Source of the DNA: an uncultured Lachnospiraceae bacterium
GTDB taxonomy: Bacteria; Bacillota; Clostridia; Lachnospirales; Lachnospiraceae
Length of the DNA stretch: 64,000 bases
Assembly (NCBI GenBank): GCA_902781455.1
Contig: CACZJF010000009.1
Span: 5,115-69,114 of the forward strand
Direction: 5' to 3'
The translations under genes were made by a program, and so were the position numbers. The notes below the pieces were generated by a model that did not search any database, was not told where the DNA came from, and worked only from the letters and a program-made list of their open reading frames with translations. Positions 37,891 through 48,411 of the stretch are shown here, piece after piece (within the stretch, counting starts at the first letter, position 1; each line of letters begins with the position of its first letter).

Positions 37891-38142
37891 GAAAACGTTT
37901 AAACTCAAACCCTCTGTTTTCGCTTAAATGAAAACGTTTTCGTAGTGCCATTATAGCTTACATTTTCGTAAAAAAGCAACCGATTAAACTTCAAAATAAC
38001 GACAAATATTATTGTTTTGACGTTTTCTACAGTTTTTGGCTGTCATTTTTAGTAATATTTCACAGTGAATCCGTTGGAAAACCGATTGCTTTTCTGCACA
38101 TTTCGGCTTATACTGCATTCAGAGTGCAACTTAAACGTTTTC
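37891..38142. promoter_or_regulatory. Divergent promoters with multiple LacI-type operators
   Basis: GAAAACGTTTAA (37891), perfect palindrome GAAAACGTTTTC (37930-37941), TTAAACGTTTTC (38131); plus promoter TTGCTT(38086)-17-TATACT(38109); minus promoter TTGCTT(37979)-18-TATAAT(37955). Confidence 0.7.
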
Positions 38143-38160
38143 TAAAAAGGAGACCATTCC

Positions 38161-40596
38161 ATGAAATACGGCTATTTTGATGATGCCGCACGCGAGTACG
38201 TCATCACGACACCCAAAACACCACTCCCCTGGATCAACTATCTTGGATGCAATGACTTCTTCTCTATTGTCTCCAACACCTGCGGAGGTTACAGCTTCTA
38301 TAAAGACGCCAAGATGCTCCGCATCACCCGCTACCGCTATAACAACGTACCGTATGACTCCAATGGCAAGTACTATTACATTGCCGATGGCGGTCAGGTC
38401 TGGAACCCCGGCTGGCAGCCGACACAGACTGAGCTCGACTCCTATGAGTGTCATCACGGCATTGGTTACACGCGTTTCCTTTCTTCCAAAAACGGCCTGA
38501 GCGCAAACCTTCTGAATTTCGTTCCGCTTCACGACACCTGTGAGATCAACTGTCTGACCCTGAAGAATGACAGTGAGCAGGAAAAGACGTTCAAGGTTTA
38601 TTCCTATGTGGAGTTCTGTCTGTGGAATGCGCTGGACGACATGACCAACTACCAGAGGAATCTCTCCACCGGTGAAGTCGAAATTATCGGCTCGACCATC
38701 TATCATAAGACAGAATACAGAGAACGCCGGAACCATTATTCCTATTTCTCTGTCAATGAAAAGGCAGCGGCATATGATACATCGAGAGATGCTTTCATCG
38801 GTACATACCGCGCTGCTTCGAATCCGGAAGCCATTGAGAATGGCGGCTGCACCAATTCCGTGGCGAGCGGCTGGTATCCGATCGCTGCTCATGAGCTGGA
38901 CGTGACGCTTGCGCCCGGCGCGCAGAAGACTTTTGTCTTCGTGCTTGGATACGCTGAGAATCCGAACGACCAGAAGTGGGAGTTTGCGAATGTCATCAAT
39001 AAGGCGCCGGCCAATGCGCTTCTTGCGAAGTATCAGACGAAGGAAGATGTTGACAGGGAGTTCGCCGCGCTGAATGCCTACTGGTCTTCTCTCCTGTCCG
39101 GATACAGCGTGAACAGTGAGGACGAGAAGGTCAACCGCATGGTAAATATCTGGAACCAGTATCAGTGCATGGTTACCTTCAACATGTCCCGTTCAACTTC
39201 CTACTATGAGTCAGGAATCGGCCGCGGCATGGGCTTCCGTGATTCCAACCAGGATCTGCTTGGCTTCGTCCATCTGATTCCGGAGAAGGCCCGCGAGAGA
39301 ATCATCGATATTGCTTCCACGCAGTTCGCGGACGGCAGCGCCTATCATCAGTACCAGCCGCTGACCAAGCGGGGCAATTCGGACATCGGCTCCGGCTTCA
39401 ATGATGACCCGCTGTGGCTGATCGCCGGTACTGCCGCCTATGTCAAGGAGACCGGAGACTTCTCAATCCTTGACGAGATGGTTCCGTTTGACAATGACGA
39501 ATCTACCAGGGTACCGCTGTTCGAGCACCTCACCAGGTCATTTGACTACATCGTCAGCCACAAGGGGCCGCATAACCTGCCGCTGATCGGGCGCGCGGAC
39601 TGGAATGACTGCCTGAACCTGAACTGCTTCTCCGATACGCCCGGAGAGTCCTTCCAGACCAGTGGGCCGAGCGAAGGTCCGGTCGCGGAATCCGTATTCA
39701 TTGCCGGCATGTTCGTCAAGTACGGAGAAGAATACAGGCAGATGTGCCTGCACAGAGGTCTGACGGAAAAGGCCGCCGAAGCTGAGGCCGAGGTAAAAGC
39801 GATGTATGAGGCGGCGCTTGACGCCGGCTGGGACGGCGAGTGGTTTGTCCGTGCCTATGACGCGAACGGAGAAAAGGTTGGATCTTCCGCGTGTGAAGAA
39901 GGAAAGATCTTCATTGAACCGCAGGGCTTCTGCGTACTGGCCGGCATCGGCGTGAAGGAAGGTAAAGCCCAGCAGGCGCTCGCTTCTGTCGAGAAGTATC
40001 TGGATACCAAATACGGCATCATGATCCTGCAGCCGTGCTACACGCATTACTACCTGAATCTCGGTGAGATCTCCTCCTATCCGCCGGGATACAAGGAGAA
40101 TGGCGGCATCTTCTGCCACAACAATCCGTGGGTGTCGATTGCCGAGACGGTCTGCGGACATGGTGACCGTGCCTTTGAGATCTATAAGAAGACCTGCCCG
40201 GCCTACATTGAAGAGATCTCGGAGATTCACTGCACTGAGCCCTATGTCTACAGCCAGATGGTTGCCGGCAAGGATGCGAAGTTCTTCGGCCAGGGCAAGA
40301 ACAGCTGGCTCACAGGTACGGCAGCGTGGACGTTCGTGAACATCTCACAGTTCATCCTTGGCATCCAGCCGGATTATGACGGACTGCGGATTGATCCCTG
40401 CGTACCGGCAAACTTCGGTGATTATTCCATCGAGAGAAAGTACCGCGGCGCGCAGTATCATATCCAGATCACGAATCCGGATCATGTACAGAAGGGCGTG
40501 AAGGAACTGACCGTCAACGGCCGTAAGATCGACGGCAATGTGGTTCCCTTCGAGGAAGGCGTCACCGAGTATTCTGTGACGGCTGTGATGGGTTGA
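38161..40596 (+). CDS. Cellobiose phosphorylase, GH94
   Basis: [72 protein letters not shown]; 811 aa. Confidence 0.92.
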   Translation: MKYGYFDDAAREYVITTPKTPLPWINYLGCNDFFSIVSNTCGGYSFYKDAKMLRITRYRYNNVPYDSNGKYYYIADGGQVWNPGWQPTQTELDSYECHHGIGYTRFLSSKNGLSANLLNFVPLHDTCEINCLTLKNDSEQEKTFKVYSYVEFCLWNALDDMTNYQRNLSTGEVEIIGSTIYHKTEYRERRNHYSYFSVNEKAAAYDTSRDAFIGTYRAASNPEAIENGGCTNSVASGWYPIAAHELDVTLAPGAQKTFVFVLGYAENPNDQKWEFANVINKAPANALLAKYQTKEDVDREFAALNAYWSSLLSGYSVNSEDEKVNRMVNIWNQYQCMVTFNMSRSTSYYESGIGRGMGFRDSNQDLLGFVHLIPEKARERIIDIASTQFADGSAYHQYQPLTKRGNSDIGSGFNDDPLWLIAGTAAYVKETGDFSILDEMVPFDNDESTRVPLFEHLTRSFDYIVSHKGPHNLPLIGRADWNDCLNLNCFSDTPGESFQTSGPSEGPVAESVFIAGMFVKYGEEYRQMCLHRGLTEKAAEAEAEVKAMYEAALDAGWDGEWFVRAYDANGEKVGSSACEEGKIFIEPQGFCVLAGIGVKEGKAQQALASVEKYLDTKYGIMILQPCYTHYYLNLGEISSYPPGYKENGGIFCHNNPWVSIAETVCGHGDRAFEIYKKTCPAYIEEISEIHCTEPYVYSQMVAGKDAKFFGQGKNSWLTGTAAWTFVNISQFILGIQPDYDGLRIDPCVPANFGDYSIERKYRGAQYHIQITNPDHVQKGVKELTVNGRKIDGNVVPFEEGVTEYSVTAVMG

Positions 40597-40610
40597 TAAC
40601 GATCTGATAC

Positions 40611-40645
40611 AAGAGCCCCGACGGCACTGTGCCGTCGGGGCTCTT
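40611..40645. terminator. Bidirectional terminator-like hairpin between cellobiose phosphorylase and rpiB
   Basis: AAGAGCCCCGACGGCAC-t-GTGCCGTCGGGGCTCTT perfect palindrome. Confidence 0.75.
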
Positions 40646-40702
40646 CTCTATAACAGGATTTTCTGCAGTCCGGATCTGACTGATTTTCTGTTCCGTCTTT
40701 CC

Positions 40703-41146
40703 TCAGCCGTCCTGCTCGATCTTCGCGATCATGTCGATCCGCATCTGATGCCTTCCGCCCTGGAATTCCGCGTCCAGCCACTCGTCGACGATCATCTTTG
40801 CCAGTTCCGTTCCGACAACGCGGGCTCCGAAGCACAGGACATTGGCATTATTATGCTGGCGGGACAGTTTTGCGCTGTAGGGCTCGCTGCAGACCACCGC
40901 GCGGATTCCCCTCACCTTGTTGCAGGCGATGGAGATGCCGACACCGGTGCCGCAGATCGCGATTCCCAGATCTGCTTCCCCGGCAACGACTTTTCTCGCC
41001 ACCTTCTCGCCCCACTCCGGATAGTTGCTGCTCTGTGTAGAGAAGGTTCCGACCTCCTCCACTTCGTATCCGCGTTCTTTCAGATGCGCGCTGATGACCT
41101 CACGCAGTTCCACAGCACTGTGATCATTTCCGATTGCAATCTTCAT
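40703..41146 (-). CDS. rpiB: Ribose-5-phosphate isomerase B
   Basis: IAIGNDH, ICGTGVGISIACNKV.GIRA, HNNANVL, FQGGRH. Confidence 0.95.
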   Translation of the reverse strand: MKIAIGNDHSAVELREVISAHLKERGYEVEEVGTFSTQSSNYPEWGEKVARKVVAGEADLGIAICGTGVGISIACNKVRGIRAVVCSEPYSAKLSRQHNNANVLCFGARVVGTELAKMIVDEWLDAEFQGGRHQMRIDMIAKIEQDG

Positions 41147-41198
41147 CTCAAGCCTTCCTCCTTGTCGTGTTATGTTTGATTCTTCCGCTTGAAGCCGG

Positions 41199-42887
41199 TT
41201 ATGGATTCTGGTCTCTTTGTTTCCCGGCGTTGGCAAGGCGCTTCATCTCTTCCGCACTTTTCAGGACGGTATCCGTGATCTTTGCGCCGCCCAGAATCCT
41301 TGCCAGTTCTCCTGTAATCTCCTGCTCTTTCAGTTTTCTGACATGCGTGCGGGTTGTTCCTTCTTCCACCTGCTTTTCAATCAGGAAATGTGTGTCCGCC
41401 ATCGATGCGATCTGCGCCAGGTGTGTGATCGCGATGACCTGTCTGGCAGACGCGAGCTTTGCCATCTTCTCTGAAACCTTCTGTGCGGTTCTTCCGCTGA
41501 TGCCGGTATCGATCTCATCGAAGATCATCGTACCGACAGAATCCTTCGCAGCCATGACTGTCTTGATGCCGAGCATGATTCTGGAGAGCTCACCGCCGGA
41601 CGCAACACTCTGCAGCGGGCGGGGTGCCATGCCCGGATTCGTGGAAATCAGGAAGACCACATCGTCCGCTCCGTTTTCCGTCATTTCCTTCAGAGGAGAA
41701 AATGCAATCTCGAAACGCACATCCAGGAAGTTCAGCTCTTCCAGCGATTCCCGGATCTGCTCAGCCAGTTCCCCGGCGGATTTTTTCCGGAGCACAGTGA
41801 TGGCGGCGCAGTCTTCACGCAGTTTCTTCTCACTTTCCTGCAGACGGCTCTTCAGTCCAGCGACGTAAGCATCATAGTCCTGCAGCTTTGCAAGCGCCTC
41901 GCTCTGTGTGCCACGGTACTGCAGAATATCCGGAATCGTCTTCCCGTACTTCATCTTCAGCCGGTTGATCAGATCCAGTCTGCCCGCTATCTCGTCCAGT
42001 TCTCTTTCATCATACTGGAAGTCATCAAGAAATGCGTTCAGGCTTCTGTTAAAGTCCATGCACAGATCTTCCAGCTGCACCAGCATCGTGCTCATATCCT
42101 GGAGCGCGTCATCCAGGCTGCTGATCCGCGCCAGAAGGCCGGAAGCGGTCGAAAGATCCCGCAGAGCGCCGTTGTCGCTGCCGGTCAGCTGTTCCGCTTC
42201 ACCGGCCGTCTCCAGGATCTTCTGCGCGTTTGACAGCCTGCGGAACCTTGCTTCGAGTTCCGCGTCCTCTCCTTCCGTCAGCGCGGCATCGTCGATCTCG
42301 CTGATCTCATAGGACAGGAAATCGATCTGCTTGACGCGGTCTCTCTCATCTGTCAGTGCCTGCTCCAGCTCGCGCCCGGTCTCCTTCCAGTCCCTGTAAT
42401 GCGCCCTGCAGGCTTCCTTCCGGCTTAAGAGTTCCTTATCCGCAAAGGAATCCACCAGCTCCAGATGATACTTCGGATACAGAAGTGACTGATGCTCATG
42501 CTGGCCGTGGATATCGATCAGCCTCTGCGCAATCTCCCTCACCTTCGCGACGGTAGCTGTCTCGCCGTTGATCCGGCTGATGCTGCGCCCATTCCGCCAG
42601 CTTCTTGTGATCAGCACCAGACCGTCCATCAGAGGAAGTTCCATTTCCTCAAGAAGACGGGACACCTCCTCAGACGATGTCTCAAAAGTCAGCTCAACAC
42701 TTGCCGACTCCGCACCTTCCTGTACCAGATCCTTCAGGGATCCGGTCCCCAGCGCGGCGCTGACCGAGCCGATCAGGATGGACTTCCCCGCGCCCGTCTC
42801 TCCGGTCAGGATATTCAGTCCGTCTTCAAGCAGAATCTCTTCTTCATCGATCAAAGCCAGATTTTTGACATATATGCTTCTTAGCAT
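41199..42887 (-). CDS. recN: DNA repair protein RecN
   Basis: LTGETGAGKS, DIHGQHEHQ, ASGGELSR, IFDEIDTGISG, ITHLAQIA. Confidence 0.97.
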   Translation of the reverse strand: MLRSIYVKNLALIDEEEILLEDGLNILTGETGAGKSILIGSVSAALGTGSLKDLVQEGAESASVELTFETSSEEVSRLLEEMELPLMDGLVLITRSWRNGRSISRINGETATVAKVREIAQRLIDIHGQHEHQSLLYPKYHLELVDSFADKELLSRKEACRAHYRDWKETGRELEQALTDERDRVKQIDFLSYEISEIDDAALTEGEDAELEARFRRLSNAQKILETAGEAEQLTGSDNGALRDLSTASGLLARISSLDDALQDMSTMLVQLEDLCMDFNRSLNAFLDDFQYDERELDEIAGRLDLINRLKMKYGKTIPDILQYRGTQSEALAKLQDYDAYVAGLKSRLQESEKKLREDCAAITVLRKKSAGELAEQIRESLEELNFLDVRFEIAFSPLKEMTENGADDVVFLISTNPGMAPRPLQSVASGGELSRIMLGIKTVMAAKDSVGTMIFDEIDTGISGRTAQKVSEKMAKLASARQVIAITHLAQIASMADTHFLIEKQVEEGTTRTHVRKLKEQEITGELARILGGAKITDTVLKSAEEMKRLANAGKQRDQNP

Positions 42888-43008
42888 TTCATTCCCTTAG
42901 CGACTCTCTCTTCAAACCCGGTTACCATTCACGGCTGCTTCCCCTGCAGTCCGCGAACCAGCCATGCTGCGCGTGTCTGCCGCTGCCCGGCAGCTTCTGT
43001 TTACACAT

Positions 43009-43461
43009 CTATTGCACATTCTCACGGATCTTCTCCATGACCCGCTCCGCTTCCTCCTGCGTGTGGACCGCACAGAAAATCGTATCGTCACCGGCGATGC
43101 ATCCGGCAATCTCCGGCCAGTTCATCGCGTCCAGCGCGGCTGCGACTGCCATCGCCATGCCGGATACTGTCCGGATCACAACCAGGTTGCCGGCCTGGTC
43201 CATTTCCACGAACCCGTCCCGCAATACCCTGAGATACTTTTCCGCAAGCCTTTCCGTACTTGATTCGATCGCCGTATATCTCTGACGCCCCCCGCCCGTC
43301 GAGATCTTCATCAGCTTCAGCTCACGAATATCGCGGGAAACCGTTGCCTGCGTCACATCGCAGCCTTCTGCCTTCAGATATCCTGCAAGCTCATCCTGTG
43401 TTTCGATCTCATATCTGGCAATCAGTTCCAGAATCTTTGCCTGTCTTTTGATCTTTGTCAT
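43009..43461 (-). CDS. argR: Arginine repressor
   Basis: IETQDEL, VTQATVSRDIREL, IAGDDTIF. Confidence 0.96.
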   Translation of the reverse strand: MTKIKRQAKILELIARYEIETQDELAGYLKAEGCDVTQATVSRDIRELKLMKISTGGGRQRYTAIESSTERLAEKYLRVLRDGFVEMDQAGNLVVIRTVSGMAMAVAAALDAMNWPEIAGCIAGDDTIFCAVHTQEEAERVMEKIRENVQ

Positions 43462-43490
43462 GCCCGTCTCTCCTTGCTGTCTGCGTCTTG

Positions 43491-44351
43491 TTACGGACCA
43501 AGCTTCTCTCTCAGGTTCTCAACAAAACTGGTATGGTTCATACGGATGAAGTGGGTTTTCTTCTCTGACTTCGAGATCACAATCCTCCCTCCGTTCTCAG
43601 GGACCAGGAAGGTATCTCCGTCAAAGGACGCCTCTGCACCGCCCTCTTTGTCAGAGCGCGCATTGCCGATCTCGACGGACACCACAACGTTATCAGGAAG
43701 GACAATTGTCCTGGAGATCAGCGTATGAGGCGCGAGTGCTGTCAGAAGGATCAGGGATGCGTCCGGCGAGACGATCGGTCCGCCGGCAGAGAGACTGTAG
43801 CCGGTCGACCCGGTCGGTGTGGATACGATGATACCGTCTGCCCGGTAAGAGCACAGGAACACATCGTCCACATAGACATTGAAGTCGACCACACGCAGCC
43901 TGCCCCGGCGTGATATGACAATATCGTTCAGCGCGATGTCCTGCACCTTTTCCCTGTCGGAAGTAACGACGGTTCCCTGCAGCATCATCCTGTCCTCGAT
44001 GAAGAAATCATCGGCGATCAGTCTGTCAAGCGTCGGCGCGATATTGGCAAGTTCGATCTCCGCCAGATAGCCGAGCGTTCCAAGGTTCACGCCCAGCAGG
44101 GGAAGGGACATATCCACCAGGTCACGGGAAGCATGCAGCAGCGTGCCGTCGCCTCCCAGCGCGATGATACACTCGACATCCGCCGGAATCGCAGATGCAT
44201 CCGTGTAACGTATGCCTTCCGGGCGCGCAGAAGCACATTCACTCTGAAGGTAGCAGACGCAGCCTCTGTTTTCCAGATACTCCTTGATAAACGCTGCTTC
44301 CTTTGCGGCGGTCTTCTTTGACCGGTTTGTAATCACATAGAAGCCATTCAT
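43491..44351 (-). CDS. nadK: NAD(+) kinase
   Basis: LGGDGTLL, GVNLGTLGYL, ALND, DGIIVSTPTGSTGYSLSAGGP. Confidence 0.96.
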   Translation of the reverse strand: MNGFYVITNRSKKTAAKEAAFIKEYLENRGCVCYLQSECASARPEGIRYTDASAIPADVECIIALGGDGTLLHASRDLVDMSLPLLGVNLGTLGYLAEIELANIAPTLDRLIADDFFIEDRMMLQGTVVTSDREKVQDIALNDIVISRRGRLRVVDFNVYVDDVFLCSYRADGIIVSTPTGSTGYSLSAGGPIVSPDASLILLTALAPHTLISRTIVLPDNVVVSVEIGNARSDKEGGAEASFDGDTFLVPENGGRIVISKSEKKTHFIRMNHTSFVENLREKLGP

Positions 44352-44447
44352 GCTCCCAGCTCCTTTTTTCCAAGGTTATGCATCAAGCCTGCCGCCGGCA
44401 GATCTGCGGGCGCGTGTGCGGCTTATACAGCTTCCTTCCTGTGCGCT

Positions 44448-45257
44448 TCAGCCGGAAGACAATGTTTCATGAGAAAGCTGCACCGTCCTCTCAATCTCCG
44501 CATCGGTAACTGCATGTTCCCCGCAAGTATCTTTCAGAAAATGTGCCAGGTATTCGATATTACCTTCTGGCCCGGTGATCGGAGACCAGGTGAGGCCTGC
44601 CGCAGCAAGGCCGATCCCGGCCGCTTCGTCCAGCACCTTCCGGATCACTTCCTCGTGTACCTTCGGGTCACGGACAACCCCCTTCTTCCCGACCTTGTCG
44701 CGTCCCGCTTCAAACTGAGGCTTGATGAGTGCCGCAATCTCTCCGTCCTCATCCAGGACAGACAGCACCGCAGGCAGGATCAGTTTCAGAGAAATAAAGG
44801 ACACGTCGATCGAACAGAGCTGTATCTTCTCCGGAATGACCGCGGGAGATAATTCCCGCGCGTTGAAGCGTTCCATGCAGATGACTCTGTCATCTTCCCT
44901 GAGTTTCCAGTCCAGCTGACCGTGACCGACATCCACGGCATACACTCTTGCTGCCCCGCTCTGAAGCATGCAGTCCGTAAATCCTCCGGTAGATGCCCCG
45001 ACGTCCATGCAGACCTTACCTGCAAGCTCGATTCCAAAGCATGCAACCGCTTTCTCCAGCTTCAGTCCCCCACGGCTGACATAGCGCAGCGCCTTGCCGC
45101 GCACCTCGATCTCAGCGTCGGTGTCGAACTTCATGCCGGCCTTGTCTTCCTTCTGTCCGTTGACATAGACCTGCCCTGCCATGATGACGGCTTTTGCCTT
45201 CTCCCTGGAGGGGAAGAATCCACCCCGCACAAGTAAGATATCCAGTCTTTCTTTCAT
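44448..45257 (-). CDS. tlyA: TlyA family rRNA 2'-O-methyltransferase
   Basis: S4 domain, YVSRGGLKL, DVGASTGGFTD, DVSFISL, LIKPQFE. Confidence 0.95.
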   Translation of the reverse strand: MKERLDILLVRGGFFPSREKAKAVIMAGQVYVNGQKEDKAGMKFDTDAEIEVRGKALRYVSRGGLKLEKAVACFGIELAGKVCMDVGASTGGFTDCMLQSGAARVYAVDVGHGQLDWKLREDDRVICMERFNARELSPAVIPEKIQLCSIDVSFISLKLILPAVLSVLDEDGEIAALIKPQFEAGRDKVGKKGVVRDPKVHEEVIRKVLDEAAGIGLAAAGLTWSPITGPEGNIEYLAHFLKDTCGEHAVTDAEIERTVQLSHETLSSG

Positions 45258-47125
45258 GTATAAAGTCCAATCATCCGCGTCCGGATCTTCTTGTAGATGC
45301 TCTCTGCGTCAAGTGCTGTTTCCTTCCGAAGGAGTTCAACGGATCCCGCCTCAATATATGCATCCGGGAGCGCGACGCGCTCAAGCGGTACTGTTATCCC
45401 CATGTCATTCAGGCAGGCAAGCACCTGGCTTCCGAAACCGCCTGTCTCGACGTTTTCCTCCAGTGTGACAAGCAGGTTATGCTCACCGGCTGCCCTCTGA
45501 AGCACCTGTTCATCAAGCGGCTTGATGAAGCGGCAGTTAATCAGGCTGCAGTTCGCGCCCTCCTTCTTCAGCATGGAGCGGACCTCAAGCGCGGTCTCTA
45601 CCATGCTCCCCACCGCAAGCAGGCAGATATCTGACTCGTCGTACAGAATCTCCCACTCTCCATACCGGATCGGAGCGCGGAATTCCTCCAGTCCGTCATA
45701 CGCACTGCCGCGCGGGTACCGAATCGCCACCGGGGAACTGGTCTTTCTGACCGCCCACTTCAGCATATCAGCAAGCTCCCACTTGTTCTTGGGCGCGAGG
45801 ACACAGATGTTGGGGATCAGAGACAGGTAAGAGAGATCAAAGATTCCCTGATGCGTCTCTCCGTCCGCGCCGACTAGTCCGCCGCGGTCAATCGCGAATA
45901 TGACATGCAGGTTCTGCAGACATACGTCATGCACGATCTGGTCAAATGCTCTTTGCAGGAATGAGGAATAGACGGCAAACACAGGAATCCGGCCGCCGAC
46001 CGCGAGGCCGGCGCAGAAAGTCACTGCATGTTCCTCCGCGATTCCCACATCAAAGAAGCGGCTGGGATACATCCCGCGGAATCGCTTCAGGCCTGTACCA
46101 TCCGGCATCGCTGCCGTGACAGCGCACAGATTCGGCGTCTTCTTCCCTTCCTTGCACATGACGGTACTGAAGATATCGCTCCAGTCAGCCTTTACCTTCT
46201 TCTTCAAGGGAAGTCCGGTTTCGATAGCAAACGGGCCGGTTCCGTGGAACCTGGCCGGCATGCGCTCTGCGGGAGGATATCCCTTGCCCTTCTGGGTCAG
46301 CACGTGGACAATCACCGGTCCCCTGACCTTCTTCGCGTTCTGGAAGACTGTCACCATCCGGTCGATGTTGTAGCCGTCGATCGGTCCGAAGTACTTGATT
46401 CCGAGCTGTTCGAAGAAAGAACCCGGCAGCAGAAGCGACTTCAGGTTATTCTTCATGCCGCGCAGCTTCTTGATCGCGGCTTCGCCCCCATCCTTTTGTC
46501 TGAGCGCATCCTCCGCCGCCCGCTTCAGGCTGGTATAGGCATCATTGGTTCGTATGGTGGAAAGATAAGAAGAAAAACCTCCGACATTCTCGGAGATCGA
46601 CATCCCGTTGTCATTCAGGACGATAATGAAATTGGTTTTCATGTTGGAGACGTTGTTCAGCGCCTCATATACCATGCCCCCGGTAAAGGAGCCGTCTCCG
46701 ATGACGGCCGCGACACAGCAGTCATCACCCGCAAGGTCTCTCGCCTGGGCAATCCCGAGCGCGGCGGAGACAGAGGTTGAGCTGTGGCCTGTGTCAAAGA
46801 CATCACAGGCACTCTCCTCTCTTTTTGGGAACCCTGACAGTCCCCCGATCTTACGCAGGGTGTCAAACCCTTCCTTACGTCCGGTCAGAATCTTGTGCGT
46901 GTAAGACTGATGTCCGACATCCCACACGATCTTGTCCCGCGGCAGTGTCATGATCAGATGCAGTGCCATCGTGAGCTCAATCACGCCCAGGTTCGATGCA
47001 AGATGCCCGCCGGTGACAGACAGTTTTTCAATCAGGAAAGAGCGGATCTCTTCTGCAAGAAGAGGCAGCTCTTCCCTTGGAATGCTCTTAATGTCATTTG
47101 GCTGATTGATCTTCTCAAGGATCAT
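45254..47125 (-). CDS. dxs: 1-deoxy-D-xylulose-5-phosphate synthase
   Basis: GGHLASNLG, WDVGHQSY.HK, GHSSTS, IGDGS..GG, FDVGIAEEHA, DGETHQG. Confidence 0.97.
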   Translation of the reverse strand: MILEKINQPNDIKSIPREELPLLAEEIRSFLIEKLSVTGGHLASNLGVIELTMALHLIMTLPRDKIVWDVGHQSYTHKILTGRKEGFDTLRKIGGLSGFPKREESACDVFDTGHSSTSVSAALGIAQARDLAGDDCCVAAVIGDGSFTGGMVYEALNNVSNMKTNFIIVLNDNGMSISENVGGFSSYLSTIRTNDAYTSLKRAAEDALRQKDGGEAAIKKLRGMKNNLKSLLLPGSFFEQLGIKYFGPIDGYNIDRMVTVFQNAKKVRGPVIVHVLTQKGKGYPPAERMPARFHGTGPFAIETGLPLKKKVKADWSDIFSTVMCKEGKKTPNLCAVTAAMPDGTGLKRFRGMYPSRFFDVGIAEEHAVTFCAGLAVGGRIPVFAVYSSFLQRAFDQIVHDVCLQNLHVIFAIDRGGLVGADGETHQGIFDLSYLSLIPNICVLAPKNKWELADMLKWAVRKTSSPVAIRYPRGSAYDGLEEFRAPIRYGEWEILYDESDICLLAVGSMVETALEVRSMLKKEGANCSLINCRFIKPLDEQVLQRAAGEHNLLVTLEENVETGGFGSQVLACLNDMGITVPLERVALPDAYIEAGSVELLRKETALDAESIYKKIRTRMIGLYT

Positions 47126-47137
47126 GTCAGAATCCTC

Positions 47138-48031
47138 TCAGCTGCGCCTCTTCACCAGTTCCTCCAGCATGCGCCGCAGAAACTCATGCTTCACGCTCAG
47201 ATGGTCAAATGCGTCCAGTGCCTGCGCAGACAGCCTTTCAACCCTGTCCTTGCCGGCATTGATGCCGAACAGAGAGACAAAAGTTGTCTTCTTGTTTCTG
47301 ACGTCAGAACCGATCGGTTTGCCAAGCTCAACCTCACTCCCGGTCACATCGAGTATGTCATCCCGGATCTGGAACGCCAGTCCTGTCTTGTTCCCGACAG
47401 ATTCCAGAATCGCAACATCTTCCTCGGGCGCGCCGGCCAGGACAGCGCCGGTCATCAGGCTTGCCTCAAACAGCGCAGCGGTCTTATGCTGGTTGATGAA
47501 TTCAACCTGCCCTTCCGTCAAAGCCCTTCCTTCAAATTCCACATCGCAGGACTGTCCGCCCAGCATGCCATAGATCCCGCTCTTTGTACTCAGGATCCGG
47601 AATGCCTTCGCCACGCGGCCCAGCTGATCCTCTTTTGCTATGGAAAATGCGCCGGAGGCTGTCTCATAGGCATAATTCATCAGGGCGTCACCCGCCAGGA
47701 TTGCCATAGCCTCCCCGTACACCTTGTGGGTCGTCTTGCGCCCCCGTCTCATGGCATCATTGTCAAGGGCTGGCAGATCGTCATGGATCAGGGAAGAAGC
47801 ATGTATCATCTCGATCGCGGCCATAAATGGAGCGACAAGCGCCCCTTTTCCGCCGTACATCTGATAGGTGCACTCCAGCATAATCGGCCTGAGCCTCTTT
47901 CCGCCGGACTCCATGCTGTAATTCATCGCCGATAAAAGCGTCTTCTGAAACCCTGTTTCTTCCGGCATGTAGTCCTTGATCACAGCCTCTACATGCTGAA
48001 GCCGGGCTCTCATCTCATCTGGATAGTCCAT
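47138..48031 (-). CDS. ispA: Farnesyl/geranyl diphosphate synthase
   Basis: GGKRLRP, SLIHDDLPALDND..RRG, AFQIRDDILD; start ATG 48031. Confidence 0.93.
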   Translation of the reverse strand: MDYPDEMRARLQHVEAVIKDYMPEETGFQKTLLSAMNYSMESGGKRLRPIMLECTYQMYGGKGALVAPFMAAIEMIHASSLIHDDLPALDNDAMRRGRKTTHKVYGEAMAILAGDALMNYAYETASGAFSIAKEDQLGRVAKAFRILSTKSGIYGMLGGQSCDVEFEGRALTEGQVEFINQHKTAALFEASLMTGAVLAGAPEEDVAILESVGNKTGLAFQIRDDILDVTGSEVELGKPIGSDVRNKKTTFVSLFGINAGKDRVERLSAQALDAFDHLSVKHEFLRRMLEELVKRRS

Positions 48032-48038
48032 ATTCCCC

Positions 48039-48320
48039 TCACTCACGCCATGCGCTGTCGTCAAGCACGGACAGCTCCGGATCCTCCTGCGTGTGCTGCA
48101 GGATCTGTACCTGCTTCTGAACCAGATCAATCTTCTGGTTTGTCATCGCGAGGAGATTGCTTCCTTCCTGATACAGTGCAAAAGAATCCTCCAGACTGGT
48201 CTTTGGATCCTCCAGCGCCTTCGTGATCTCGTCAATCCGGGACAATGCCTGCTCAATCGTCATATCAGCAGATTCTGCAGCCTGTGCTGTTTCCTTGATT
48301 TCCATATTCTCCTGTGCCAT
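48039..48320 (-). CDS. xseB: Exodeoxyribonuclease VII small subunit
   Basis: IEQALSRIDEI...SLEDSFALYQEG; position between xseA and ispA; start uncertain. Confidence 0.85.
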   Translation of the reverse strand: MAQENMEIKETAQAAESADMTIEQALSRIDEITKALEDPKTSLEDSFALYQEGSNLLAMTNQKIDLVQKQVQILQHTQEDPELSVLDDSAWRE

Positions 48321-48411
48321 TGGATTCTCCATTCCGCCGTCTTCCGGTCTCAGCTTCTGTCGGTTCTTATCAAATCCGGTGCTGTCATGATTCGTCCTCT
48401 TCGGACCCTGA

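Noticed and set aside
44448-45257. tlyA as a hemolysin/virulence gene
   Set aside because: Standard rRNA methyltransferase in its conserved dxs-tlyA-nadK context
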